From positions 682,001 through 746,000 of the forward strand of contig JAYWIR010000055.1 in NCBI GenBank assembly GCA_036172245.1: DNA of 64,000 nucleotides. The letters are read 5' to 3'. This stretch comes from Raillietiella orientalis. Its lineage: Eukaryota. Position 1 is the first letter of the stretch; every line of letters starts with the position of its first letter. The notes below the pieces were generated by a model. The model worked only from the letters and a program-made list of their open reading frames with translations, was not told the DNA's origin and did no database searches. Positions 1 through 11,931 of the stretch are shown here, piece after piece. The translations under genes were made by a program, and so were the position numbers.

Positions 1-1420
1 TGCCGCGACGACGCGATCACGCAGCACCTGGACACGTTGGCGTCGTCGCCATCGACCCCGCTGCCACGGCTCCGCTCGATGCCCGGTGGGTCACCGCCGT
101 CGCTTCGCCCTTCCCTTTCCCCCTCATTTTTTTCCTTTCTCCTGGGCCTTCCCACTGCCACCCCTTCCGTTCGCCTCCGTGGCGAAGCCGAGCACCGCTT
201 CCACTCTCCCCCTGCCGCCGGAAGGTGTCCGTCTAGGAGGAGTACGCAAAAGAGGGTATCGCCCTCTTTGCGCGGCAGCAGGGGAAGGAGGGGGACATGT
301 CGCGAGCCCGCACTTGCTCCCAGAAAGGGAAGCGGAAGAGGTTCTCACGAAGAACAGCTCCCTCTCGCGGCAGCGAAACACGCCACTCCGGGGTGCTTCC
401 GAGAGCTGCCGCCGGGCGGCAGGGCGCGCGCGACAGGCTACTAACGCGTAGCGGTGGCGACAAGCGCGCACGGAGGGCGCGGGGTAGGGAAGAGGGGGAG
501 GAGTGAACATGGCGGCGAAGGGCCACAGGTGCAGCGGCAGGATCCGCGTGGACACGGGAGGTCCTCACACCTGGGAAGTGTCCTCCTCTGCTCCTCCCCC
601 CTTTCTGGAGTCCACTCGCAACCCGGAGATGACCGACCGTCCGGGAAGATGGGGGGCGCATGCTCCTTGCTGGGCGGTAAGCTGCATTCCCTTCCCGGAG
701 ATGCGGGAGGAGGGGGGAGGGGGAAGGGGAAGCACGAGAGGGAATAAAAACACGGAGCGAGCTAAAAATAACAAATGGAAAAGAAAGGAAAAGGATCGCC
801 TAGAGTAGTTGACACGGTCGCCGCGAGATGGGGGGAGGGGACTCGCACCGAGCCACGTCCCTTCATTCCGGCAGCCTTGCCACTTCCTTTCGTTGTGCTC
901 CTTTTGTCCCGCCGACGGGGGAAGGGCATTTGTTGCCGCCGCGGCGTGCTCCCTCCTCTCCCGGGCGTGACACGCGGGAACCGTCCCGATTCTCCTGGCG
1001 CGCGAGCGTTGCTTCCCTCTCGCGTACGGGAGGGAGGGGCGGTCCCGCTGCGGGGATCTCGGCGCGCCTCCGGGTCGCTCCAGTGGCCCCGGACGTTCCG
1101 AAGCGTTCGCTCGCTCTCCCGCCGGTTGCGGCCGCGCAGCGTCCCGGACGTCCTCGAGGAGATGGGTGCGGCTCTCGCGGGACGCGGGAACGGGTGTTTT
1201 CGTGCTGGCGGCGGTGCGTGCCTGTGTCCCATCCGCTCGCGCGCGCACCTGCGACATTCCGCCGATAAGTCGTGTCGTGCCGATCTCCTCCCCGAGCAAG
1301 TGTCCGCCTCCGCGCGCAGTCCTCCCCGGTCGCGCGCTCGCCCTCTTAGCTTCTCCCGGACCGCGGCCCCGCTGTTCGACCCATCCTCTTCTTTTCCCGC
1401 TGCCCACAGGCGCCCCGACG

Positions 1421-3097
1421 ATGATGCACTGCAAGCTGCGCTTCTGGAAGAACACGGCGTTCCTCATCCTTGTCTGGACCTACTTATTCGCCACGCTGCT
1501 GCTCGTGTTCTACAGGAACCACGCGGGCGTCTCCCGCTTCGTGCCCGACGGCTTCACGTTCTGCTCGACGAAGGGCGACGGCGGCGGCTCCCCTCCCCTA
1601 CGGGCGGGGGCGACCACCCCCTGGTGGGAGCCGTACAGCCCGCTGGTGGACCGCAGCCAGGAGAACCGTAGCGAGTCGGACATCCTTCTGTCCCTGCAGA
1701 AGAAGTTCGGGAACCTGCCGTTCTCCGTCTGGAACTCCGCCAGGGGGAAGACGCTGCAGCTGAACCGCACGTGTGCCCCCTTCCCCAGCATCTACGGGCT
1801 GGAGTTCAACAACGGACTCTGGCAGACGGTCATCTCGTCCAACGGCACGTACTACATCTACGGTAGCTACTACGACAACCGGACCGCCGTCGCCGGCGGC
1901 TCGGTCGTACGGTTGCTGGTCATGCTGGACCGCATCCAGCCCACCCTGCGGATGCACTGCCAGATCTGGAACCCCTCCTCCTCCCAGCCCCACATCGCGG
2001 TGATGCGCGACTACCTGTACCTGTGGAACAAGAAGTGGGGCAACTACCGCCAGGGCGTGCTGCAGCCGTACCTGCTGACATGCCCGGTCCCCGCGGCGCT
2101 CGTCCCCCACGCCGTGTCCCTGGTCGAGCAGCCCTGCTCCAGCGCCACGAACCTGCTCCCGGTGCATAACCGGCGCACCCCCCCCAAGAGGAACAAGCAG
2201 AACTTCGCCGTCTGCGTCAAGGGACTGGACTTCCCCTACGCGGACCTGTCCGTGCGCCTGGTCGAGTGGCTCGAGCTGTTGCGCATCCTGGGCGCGCACC
2301 GGGTGTTCTTCTACGAGCTGGAGGTGCACCCGAACATATCCCGCGTCATCAGGTACTACAGCTCCAAAGAGGGGAACCACTTCGTGGAGACCTCGCCCCT
2401 GTCCCTGCCTGGCGGGCAACCCAACCTCCCGGGGCTCCTCCACCTATACCTGCGGTCTCGGGTAAACAACAAGCGGCAGAACGAGATCATCCCGTACAAC
2501 GACTGCTTCTACCGCAACATCTACCTGTACCACTACGTGGTGCTGCTGGACATCGACGAGGTCATCGTGCCCGTGAAGAGCAGCACCTGGGTGGAGCTCA
2601 TGAACGAGGCCCTGCGCCGCGCCGTCGCGCAGGGCGGCCACCCGCGCGCCTCCTACAACGTCCGGAACGTGTACTTCTTCGACGGCACGCCGCCCGCGGC
2701 GGGGGGGGTCGAGGCGGACACCGCCGCCTCCGTGGTGCCGCCCTTCATGCACATGCTGCGCCACGTGCACCGCAGCCGCAACTTCACGCGACCCGGCCAC
2801 TTCGTCAAGTGTTTCCACAGCACGGAGCGCGTGCTGGCCCTGCACAACCACTACCCCCTCGCCTGCCTGACCAAGACCTGCTCCTCCTTCTCGATCGGCA
2901 CCGACCTCGCCCAGCTGCACCACTACCGCAAGGACTGTGTCAAGGTGCTCAACAAGTCCTGCGGCACCTTCCGTGCCAACCTCCTCGAGGACCGCGTCGT
3001 CTGGAGGTACAAGGACAGACTCATCAACAACACGGTGAGGGTGCTGAAAGCCCTCAGCATGGCGGCGGCCGCTGCGGGAGGAGGCGGCAGCGAATAA
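1421..3097 (+). CDS. Glycosyltransferase family 92 (DUF23) type II membrane protein, copy 1, about 558 aa, intronless CDS
   Basis: ORF 1166-3097. The likely start ATG at 1421 follows a pyrimidine-rich acceptor (cttttcccgctgcccacag, ends 1409). It has an N-terminal TM segment (FLILVWTYLFATLLLVFY) and the family motifs YYDNR, VCVKGLDFP, RLVEWLELLRILGA, PYNDCFYRN, the DxD-containing LLDIDEVI, and HNHYP/LHHYR. Confidence 0.9.
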   Translation: MMHCKLRFWKNTAFLILVWTYLFATLLLVFYRNHAGVSRFVPDGFTFCSTKGDGGGSPPLRAGATTPWWEPYSPLVDRSQENRSESDILLSLQKKFGNLPFSVWNSARGKTLQLNRTCAPFPSIYGLEFNNGLWQTVISSNGTYYIYGSYYDNRTAVAGGSVVRLLVMLDRIQPTLRMHCQIWNPSSSQPHIAVMRDYLYLWNKKWGNYRQGVLQPYLLTCPVPAALVPHAVSLVEQPCSSATNLLPVHNRRTPPKRNKQNFAVCVKGLDFPYADLSVRLVEWLELLRILGAHRVFFYELEVHPNISRVIRYYSSKEGNHFVETSPLSLPGGQPNLPGLLHLYLRSRVNNKRQNEIIPYNDCFYRNIYLYHYVVLLDIDEVIVPVKSSTWVELMNEALRRAVAQGGHPRASYNVRNVYFFDGTPPAAGGVEADTAASVVPPFMHMLRHVHRSRNFTRPGHFVKCFHSTERVLALHNHYPLACLTKTCSSFSIGTDLAQLHHYRKDCVKVLNKSCGTFRANLLEDRVVWRYKDRLINNTVRVLKALSMAAAAAGGGGSE

Positions 3098-5962
3098 AGG
3101 CACACGGGGGGGAGGGGCAAAGGAAAAGGAAAAGGAAAAAAAAAAAGGGGGAAAGGGAGGGAGGGAGGCGAGGAGCTTCCGGATGCTCCCGTCGCTTGCA
3201 GCGATCGCCGAAGGGTGATTCCTCCTCCTTCCACCCTCAACGGCATCCGCGGAGACCTCTCAACCCCCCCCCCCCCTCTCTCACACCACCCCTACACTTC
3301 CTGAGGCAGACAGCCTCCCGGGACGGACTCTGGGAGTGGTGGACGTCGTCCGGTATGCGCGGGAAGGGTGTTACCCGCGTCAACGGGACCCCCTTAAAAT
3401 GCGGGAGTGGACGGGGATGGGGAAGAGTTCCCCCCCCCCCCCTTCTTCAGGGAATCGGCGGATTCCTTCCTTGCGGCCCCGCCCTTGACGCTTCTGCTTG
3501 TCCTCCCCCCGCCCTCCCAACCGGCTGCCCTCCCTCCCACGGAAGAGGGGGGAGGGACGGAAGTCGTCGTCCCCCTTCTCCCCATTCCCCTTGCTCCCGC
3601 ATATCCGTCGCCTGCCGTCGCGACCCGTGGGTTTTCCTTCGACAGGAAGGGTGGGGGTCCCTTGCACCTCCGGGAGTGGGCACTGCCCCAGCCTTCCACG
3701 TCGCAGCGCGCGCCGCTAAGGCGGTGTTGTCGCCTTTGCCCTGACAGCGCACGACGGGGGGGGGGACAAGGACAAGTCGACGAACTTCCCTCCCCTTCCC
3801 CGCGACCCCGCCGAAGGAGTGGGGTCGTCCCTCACAACCTTCCTGGTGCTAGCAAGGCCCGGCCTCTAGCCCTTCCTTCTGCCTCCCGGGAAGGACGCTC
3901 TCCCCTCCCCTTCCTCCTTGGAGAGGGGCGCCTCCCCCTCGTGACACCGTGTCCTCCGGGAAGCCCGCGGCGCCGACGCGCCCTCTCCAGATGTGACGCG
4001 AGGGACCACCCTTTGCCCTTTTCTCTTTTCTCTCTGCTTTTGGAGACGCCTCCCCGGCGGCAGGGGCGTTCCGACAGCAGTTCACGTGACCGGAGCGGCG
4101 TTGCGACCGCTTCCTTCCCCTCCTCCTCCTCTCCCTCGCTCGTGGCGCGCTTCACTGGGGGCGGAGGGACGGCCGAGGTGGGGAACGGGGCGTCGACAAC
4201 GTACCCACCATCGTGCGTGGCTCTTCGGCAGCGCCGCCCCACCTCGTGCTGCTACCCGGCGGCGGCATCCTCAAGCTCTCTTGTGCGAAGCAGCGGCGGC
4301 GAAGGGTGCCGTGTGGGGCAACCCTTGCCGGCGGCGAGGGCGTCCGCTACATCTCCCTCGAATCAGGCGAAGGACGCGTCCCGGGACCAGGCCTTTCCAG
4401 ATCCCGGACGAAGCGCACGGCGGAGAGCGTCCCGGCTGCCCCGGACGCGGGGGAGCTCGAGAGCTGGCATCTCCCCTTTGCTCCATGCCTACGGGGCTGA
4501 GGGATCCCTCGCCACCAGGAAGGAACACTGCTGGGCAATGCGAAGGCAGGCAGGGCAGAGGCGGCGGCTATGAAAGAGGGTGCATATTAAGGGGTAGGGG
4601 AAGGCTGACCTTTCCCGAGAGGAACTGCCGGCCGGAAAGGGAAGATTCGTATCTGCAGGAATCCCGCGCGGGCGACCCGGAGGGCTAGCTTAACGCCGCG
4701 AGCCATCCCTGCGGGGAGCAACCCCCGGGACCGGACTAGCCCCCTGGACAGGGACTCTGCTGCGGTCACGCGCCGGAGGAGCTGACGTCGGCGGAACGGG
4801 ATTCTTGAGGCTGGCGGCCTCTGGAGACATGGCAACGAGAGAAACATGGGCCCGGATTCTAAGTCGTGGGTGCAGCGTGGCGCGTCCCCGAGGGAACGAA
4901 GCCACCAGAGCAGCGACGATGCTTTCACGGTCGTCCAAGCCCTCGCAGGATTGGAGGAGGCGGAGGGAGGGGAAGGGTCGTCCGTGGTTCCCACTAGCCT
5001 CGACGGCCGGAGGGAGCCGGTTGCACGTCGCTTCCCGGCCGCCTCCTGTGCTCGACGTAGGAAACGGGAGGGAAGGTGCAGAGACAGAGCCTCCGGCGGC
5101 AGAGGAGACGCAGAACCGCCGTCGCTTTGCGCGGCGGAAGCCCCCTCTCCCCCCCCTCGCGCGCACGCCATCCTTCCGCCTCCGACTTGTCCACGCGGCC
5201 GGCGGCGAGAGCTCATAGTCGTTTCCCGCGCTGCCATCAGGTGGCAAGGTTGCCACTGCCTCCGCATCAAAGCACTCGCACCGCTCACGGATGTTCCAAC
5301 TCACTTAAAAAACATCCGTGAATGAAACTAATTTTTCCTTGACACGTGGGTGGAAACAACACGTATACACCAGACAGAAGCGCCAGCCCGAACACCTGTG
5401 GCATTCATTAATGCGTAAGCAAATGAAAATGGTAAATGGAAAACTTAGAAATGCATAAGTGAAACTAACATGCGCGTATCAGGTACTCATTCGTATTCTG
5501 AAACACGGAGTGTTGCGGTGTTCGAAAAGGATATTCACAGACGAGAAGAAACTTCGTATCCATGAACAAAGAAGCGACATCTTTAATCGTCTCGCGAAGA
5601 CATAATGAAGACGAAGTACGAAGACGCTACGGGCGCGATGTGACGCGCTCCTGGTGCGCACACGTGTGTTCTTCGCCAAAGTGCCGATCAATGAGGAAAA
5701 AGTGTGTGCTTGGCACGTGCTGCAGGAGCGAACGTGTTCCAAATTTTCACTCATGCAGGTGGAATGCAGCCCGGTCGAGGGTCCAACGCGACGTTGGTCG
5801 CAGCCCTCGCTCGAGCCCAGGGCATGAGCTTCCCCGCGCTGGCGTCCACCCTCTTAAGAGCGGCCGCAAATATCGATCGAGCGGTCAGACATGAAGGTTC
5901 CCGTCATGCAAACGGACGAAACCACTGGAGGAGGAGGAACAAGAAAAGGTGGATTCCCATTT

Positions 5963-6118
5963 GGGAACCACTTCGCGCCGACCTCGTCCCTGTCCCTGCC
6001 CAGCGGGCAACCCAATCTCCCCGGGATTCCTGCACCTGTGCCTGGGATCAACAACAAGCGGCAGAACAAGATCATCCCGTGCAACCACCGCATCTACCGC
6101 AGCATCTGCCCTTACCAC
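5963..6118 (+). pseudogene. Decayed internal fragment of GT92 copy 1
   Basis: Aligns by eye to 2372-2533: GNHFAPTSSLSLPSGQPNLPG..NNKRQNKIIPCNHRIYRSICPYH versus GNHFVETSPLSLPGGQPNLPG..NNKRQNEIIPYNDCFYRNIYLYH. It carries indels and has lost the conserved YNDC. Confidence 0.88.
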
Positions 6119-7572
6119 CCCCTCTCCCTCGTGAGCCGAACCTTTCGTTCCTCAGCGAGAGACAGACGCCTGGAACGTCGCTGAAGAAGCGGAGGATTGT
6201 CCAGGAGAGGTGGTTGGGCACTAAAACGGGAGGCGGTTCCTCTCCTGCCTTGTGCTGTGGTCTCCCGTTTTGGCGCCCAGCGGACCCGCGCGGGTGATCG
6301 CCAGGCCGATCCGCGGGTGCGTTGCGGCGCGCGAGCTCCGCAAGGAAGGCGAAGGCCATCGAAACGGAGGAGGGGAAGGGAGGTGGAACCCGTCTTCCCG
6401 CTCCTAAGCGGGAGCGTGCAGGGAAGAGAAGCAACGATGCGGCGACCTGCGGAAGACAGCGCGCTGTCGTCGTGAGACCGGAGGGAAGTGGCCCCGTTCC
6501 GTCGAATGCCCACGACGACCCTCGACTGCCCGAAACAAGTCCCTCGCGTCTAATGAGAGAGGAGTTTCCGACCCCAAGAGACGCGAGTGTTCCGTCTCCT
6601 CCCCTTTTGGGAGCTTTGCAGTCTCCTCCCTTGCTGCGCACACGAGTAGCGCGCAACATCTGCCGTGACCCAAAACCTCGCGTCCCGGAGTTCACCGAGG
6701 TCGATCCCGACGCCGGGAATACTTCGGAAACATCGCAGGTCGATGACGCACCCTCACCGTCCCACGGTCCATCCGGTCATCCTCAGAACCCGGACTGGAA
6801 GTGGCGAACGCACGAGGAGTTGTACCCTGTCCTTCGCAAAGTGCCTGTGGGGAGTCACTTTGGCTGTTTGTGTTCGGCTCTTTGATTGTCCCCCTTCCTT
6901 TCAGGGACGTGAGGTGGCTGACGGCTCCGTGGAGGGACTCCAAGGAGCTCCGCCACCAGCGAGCAGGCAGCTACCACCCGGGACTTCACTCAAGAAACCG
7001 CCGCTCGTAATCTTTTAGGGTTGAGCATCGCTGACGCAACGCTACCCGTCGTGGGGGCGCCGCTGACCGCGGACGCAGTTCAGATAGGAAGCCGGCTTTC
7101 CGGGAGTGTGCCGCAGCTCCTTCTTGCACAAGAGGGAGTCGGAACCGAAGGAGCAAAACAAGGGATGCGTGTCATCGTGTCCTTCCTGTCTCTTGCGCGT
7201 GCTCCGGGGGTCGAGTCCAGCCCCCGAAGTCGCGGCGGCCCGGATCAGGGCACGATGACACGCAGGATGTGGAGAACAGACCCGGATGTGGCGCACGACT
7301 TGGAGACGGGAACGCCGAGAAGAGACAGGAGAACAAGGTGACTGCCAGCAGAATTCGCGGCGGCACTTTGGTCGTTCGCTTGCAGAGTTGGAGAGACGAC
7401 GGCACCGATCTGCTGGGAGAGCCATGCGAATTGCGCCAGCTGCTGTCCGGAAGCGCAGGAGGCGGTCAGACAGGCGGCCATCTTGTCCGCAGCCAGTCGG
7501 ACTTGCAGCGAGATTGCCCACCACGGGTGGCCTTTCTCAGTGTGATCCCTCCCCCCCCCGCCCACACACGGG

Positions 7573-7574
<2 letters not shown>

Positions 7575-7603
<29 letters not shown>
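7575..7603. repeat. Poly(T)29 tract
   Basis: Direct count. Confidence 0.95.
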
Positions 7604-7870
7604 CTATCCACGACGGCTCCGCTGAATGCTTGCAAAGGTTGCATCTGAAAGAATGGTGGAAGCAAGCAGGAAGCTGCCAACTCAGGTGCAGGGGAAGAGG
7701 AACAGAGAAAGCTGGGGTCCTCGCCTCAGGTGTTTTCCTCATGAGGTGGACGGAGAGGGAGGGTAGGGAAGTATCTGTGAGTTTGGGCTAGGAAAGTGAG
7801 GGGGAAGGGGGAAGGGAGGGAAATGGCATTACCATCAGAGAGAGGTGAGTACGACCCAGGCGAAGCGGAA

Positions 7871-8078
7871 TTCTTCCTCGTCTATCTTCATCTCTCCCTT
7901 CTCCTCCTCCTCGTCTCCTTTCCTCCCATCCTCCTCTTCGCCTCCCTTCATCTTTTCCTCCCTCCTCGTCAGCCTCTTCCTTCTGCTACCCTCTCTTTCT
8001 CCTCCTCCCATCCTCGTCGTCTTCCTCTTTTCCTTCTCTTCGCCTTCCTCCATCTCCTCTCCCCCCTCTCTTTCTTCT
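7871..8078. repeat. Low-complexity polypyrimidine/polypurine tract (CT-rich)
   Basis: About 200 nt almost entirely C/T on the + strand. Confidence 0.8.
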
Positions 8079-11000
8079 GACTGACTGCAAGAGAGCCTTC
8101 GTTCCCACGACTGCTGGCGGAGGCGGCGAGAGCTTCCAGATCTCGTCGAAGCATCCACTGCAACCCGTCAATGAAGTCGTTTCTGCTGCAAGTTGATATT
8201 GAGGGGCAGATCCGTCATCCTCCGTGAACGTTCTGGATGGAGACCTCCCTCCCCTCCATCTCAATTCTGAACGCCAAACATGGATTGCCAAAAAATAAAA
8301 ATAAAAAAATAAATCCGATTTTTTTCATTTCGAGCTACGATTTGTCTTTCAGGGAACCGGGTCACTATGGGACCGGAAGCGAGGGCTCCACCCATATCCC
8401 GAGAAGGGTTTCCTTTTCGCTCTTCTCTTGGTCTGTGGTTTCTTTCTGAAGCTGCCCTGCATTTTCAGCACGGAGACTGCTCCTCCGACCTGGTTCCCAG
8501 TGGATTCGCCAGGAGGGAGAGTCTGGCTGTCCTAGGGACAGGCTCGCTGCCGGAAGAGGGGGGTCAGAAGGAGCTGGGCATTGCCTGCTGGTCGCTTGCT
8601 CTTGCCTCGTCCCATCCCCGCTCGCCTCGGCAACAGCATCAGCAACCTGCGGCAACGCGAAAAACGTCTTCCTCTTCCAGGAGCGATTCCGCCCACTGCT
8701 GCTGTTCCCGGCTACCGCCGAGCACTTCCTCTGCGGCGGCCGTCCCGCAGCTTTTCCGCAAGAATCTTCTGCCTCCCTTCGACGTCCCCCAGCCACCCAC
8801 TGGACTTCTTGGCCGAACCACCCACGTGCATGAGAACGGCGCCTGCCTTTGTGGTGCCCGCAGCGCGCGCGCGACACCCGACTCTTCGGCTGTGCTTCAT
8901 GCAGCATCGACACTTGCTTACCCGTGACTACCCTCCGCAGCTCTCTTGCACGCAATGCTCCCAGCTGGAACGAGGACAGGCGTGTGTGTCGCTCTCGGCC
9001 TGTCGCTGCTGCTCCAACAACCACGCGTTCCCCCCTCTCCCCTTCCCATCCTCGGTGGAAGGTCCCAGCAGCAACAACAGCCCCGGGTGAGGTGAGTTCC
9101 TGGCTAAGGGAACGGTCGACCGCCACCACCAGATGTACTTTTGCTCCGGACAAAGGCCGGTCGGTTCGCCGGACCCATCATGCTGGCAACAGCGCCCGGC
9201 TCCGAGAAGAGGTGACGTCACGCGCACGCGGTTCGGACTCTGCGGAGAACCCTGCTCCGCCGGGAGTACCACCGCGCGCGCATCCAAGCGTGCACCGAGT
9301 TCCGACGCGACGGGAGCCGGCTGCAGAAGACGCTACTGTCTCCTCCGGCGAGCAGGTCGCAACGTCATTCGGGGCTCGGAATGCCGAGGCACTCCGCCTC
9401 CGGGAATCCGCCCTGGAATGGGCAAAAGAATGAATAAATTAATAAGGAATGGGATCAAAAGAGACTCTGTGGAAAAGCGGTAAGCGAAGCACTCTGGTTC
9501 CGTCCCCCGGAAAGATAAATGGACGAGTTTGATCCGCACGGCTGAGGCCCCTGACCAGACCTTCTTGTGTGCGCAGGTGGATGGTGCTGTCTGCGCAGTC
9601 CGCAGCGAACACGAGCCCCCAGACTGCTTCCTTTCTTGCCCTGCCTCCACGATTCGGGGGCTGCTGCTGCTGTTCTTCGGCGGTCGCGACCGCTCCGAGT
9701 CCCGAACGCGCGCGCGGCACCTGGAGCACGTGTGCTGCCGCCCTCCTCTTCCCTCCGGAGACAGTTCGGTGCCTCCACCTACACCCGGTGCACCTGGATG
9801 CTCCGCACTCCGAAGCGCCAAGTGCCGCGAAGTGGGCCGTCGTCGTCTTGCCCGTTTAATGGAGGCATCCCGACCGGGAGCTTCCCATTACTCGGGTGCT
9901 CACTTTGCGAGTCGGGTTCTCTCCCTCCCTCTCAGCCTGCCTCCGGTCGCGTGGAGACGAAACGTCGCGTTCCATCTGGAGCAGCACCTGCGTGATCCAC
10001 GACCGTTTCTTCCTTCTAGTGAGGAAGGGGGCCGACAGATCCGCCACTAGTCGCTCTGGAGCCACCTATCTCGGCACCCCCCCGGCACCCGTGTTGCCTC
10101 CTGCCCCAGCTCTTAGGTATTGTCACTTTCCATATTTTTAAGAATGAAGTTTTTCTTTTTTCCTATCCGATTCCCCTCGCCCTCCTCCTCCCCCCTTCAC
10201 TCTCGACGGAGGAGCCCGCGATTTATCCGAGCAACAGCCCACCTTCCCCTCCATGGGAACTTCGCACCGTTCCGCGCGCATCGCGTGTGCACGTGTTTTC
10301 TTTTTTTTATTATCAACACCACCATCCACCCATAAGTGTATGCCTGCGTGCGTTCGCGCGCCAACGCACCGCTCAGGGGCGAAGGCCGCGCCCTCCCCGC
10401 GGCCGGAGGCGGCAGCTTTCCCCGCGGAGACAGGCTAGTGAACTTTTCCGAGCAGTAATCGCCCGCGGCAATTCGGATGGCATCAGGTTGCCCCGTTCGA
10501 CACCGAGGGGAGAAAGATCGCTGGAAGATGCTGGCTCGCGCGCCGCCCGGGCTCCCGAGGGCAAGGAGGATGCTCCGACAGCGCGCCAGAGGCCCCTCTT
10601 GGTAGCACCCAGCGGGACTCGGATCTACGTGTGGTGGTGGTCGTGGTGGTGGTGGTGGCGGAGTTGGTGGCGGCGGCGCTCCGTATCTGCGGGGTTTTTA
10701 TCTGAGCAAACAGCGGCGGCTTATCTTCGAGGAGGCCGAGCAGCCATCGACGACCGCTCCAGTATTAGACGGTCCTAAAACGCTGCACAGGTAAGCAGAG
10801 CCCGTGTTCGTGCCGTGCACTTTGGCCGACCTGGTCACCCCGGTGTGTGGACGCGCGCGCGTCGCTTTTGCTCGCCTCCCCTCCCGCCGCCGCCGAGCAA
10901 CGTGGCTGAAGGACGCAGCACGCCACGCTGGAAACGGGGAGGTCGCTGCGAATGCCATTCGATTTGCCTCCCCCTCCCCCATGTCCCCTCCCACTGTCCC

Positions 11001-11931
11001 CCTTACCAAGAATTTCGGTTCCGCTCGTCGTGGAAAGCTCTTGCGACGGATGCCTCGCTGACATCAATAGGGAACAGAAAAACGTGCCGGTGAGATGCAA
11101 GGATTTGAGGGGGGGGGGGCGCAAGCGCTGCTGCTGCGGAGGTTTCAGAGGATGGGCTTTGCAGAAGTTCTCCCAGGTGGGAAGAGGTGAAATTCCCGAA
11201 TGCATTGGGGCGAGATGGCCAGAGGGAAAATCTGGCAGCAGTGCGGGTGGGACCCGAGTTCGACCGGACCGTGGAACGGGCACGAGTGCGGGACCTCTGC
11301 GAGGACGAGGGAAAGAGCGGACATTTTCGGAAGAAGACCAAGGCTCACGGCGCTCAGGAGGGTTAGCCCGAAGAAGAGGGGCTCTCATACAGAGAGACCT
11401 TCCTCTTTCTCGTCTTGATGCCATCAATCGACCCCGGATGGCATCGCTGGAGCCGCGCACGCCTTCCGACCTCCGGTGGTTCCTTAAATTTCCACGGGCG
11501 ACCTTTGGCTGGGACGAGGTGTTCCCGGTGCTCTCCAAACGTAGAAGGACGCACTGGACGTTCTGGAGCGCGCGTGCGTGCCCCGCGGCCTTGCCGGAAG
11601 ATTCTCTGAGGACGCGGGGGGGGAAGGCGTTCTTGTGCTTCCTTCCCGGACCCCGAGTCCCCGAAGAGGTTCCTCGGAGCCGTCGCTGCGCCGCGACCTC
11701 GCTGGACGCCCAGCAGCAGGCGGTCTCAGGAGAGACGCCCGCCTCGCATGTCGCGCGGCGAAACCCTTAGGGCACGAGTCGGCGGTGGTGGCTCGCCACT
11801 TCCCGCAGGACACGTGCGCTCCCCAGTCCTCCTCCGGACCGGACCGGGGCGGGAGGGTGGGCAAGAGGGGAAGGCGGCGAGCGAACGAGGGAAACTTCGG
11901 GAAGAAATCCGGTTTTCCCGTCTCCTTCCAG

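Noticed and set aside
1166..1420. N-terminal extensions of the GT92 ORFs (also 11578-11931)
   Set aside because: Non-ATG starts, and a splice acceptor lies just before the true ATG and TM segment.
6169..6996. Peptide PGTSLKK encoded twice with third-position differences
   Set aside because: A 7-aa match among six frames is within rough chance expectation and does not extend convincingly.
7822..9091. Possible spliced + strand gene and Cys-rich stretch (CTQC..CRCC..H)
   Set aside because: One junction is in frame, but no consistent model or recognisable zinc-finger spacing emerged.
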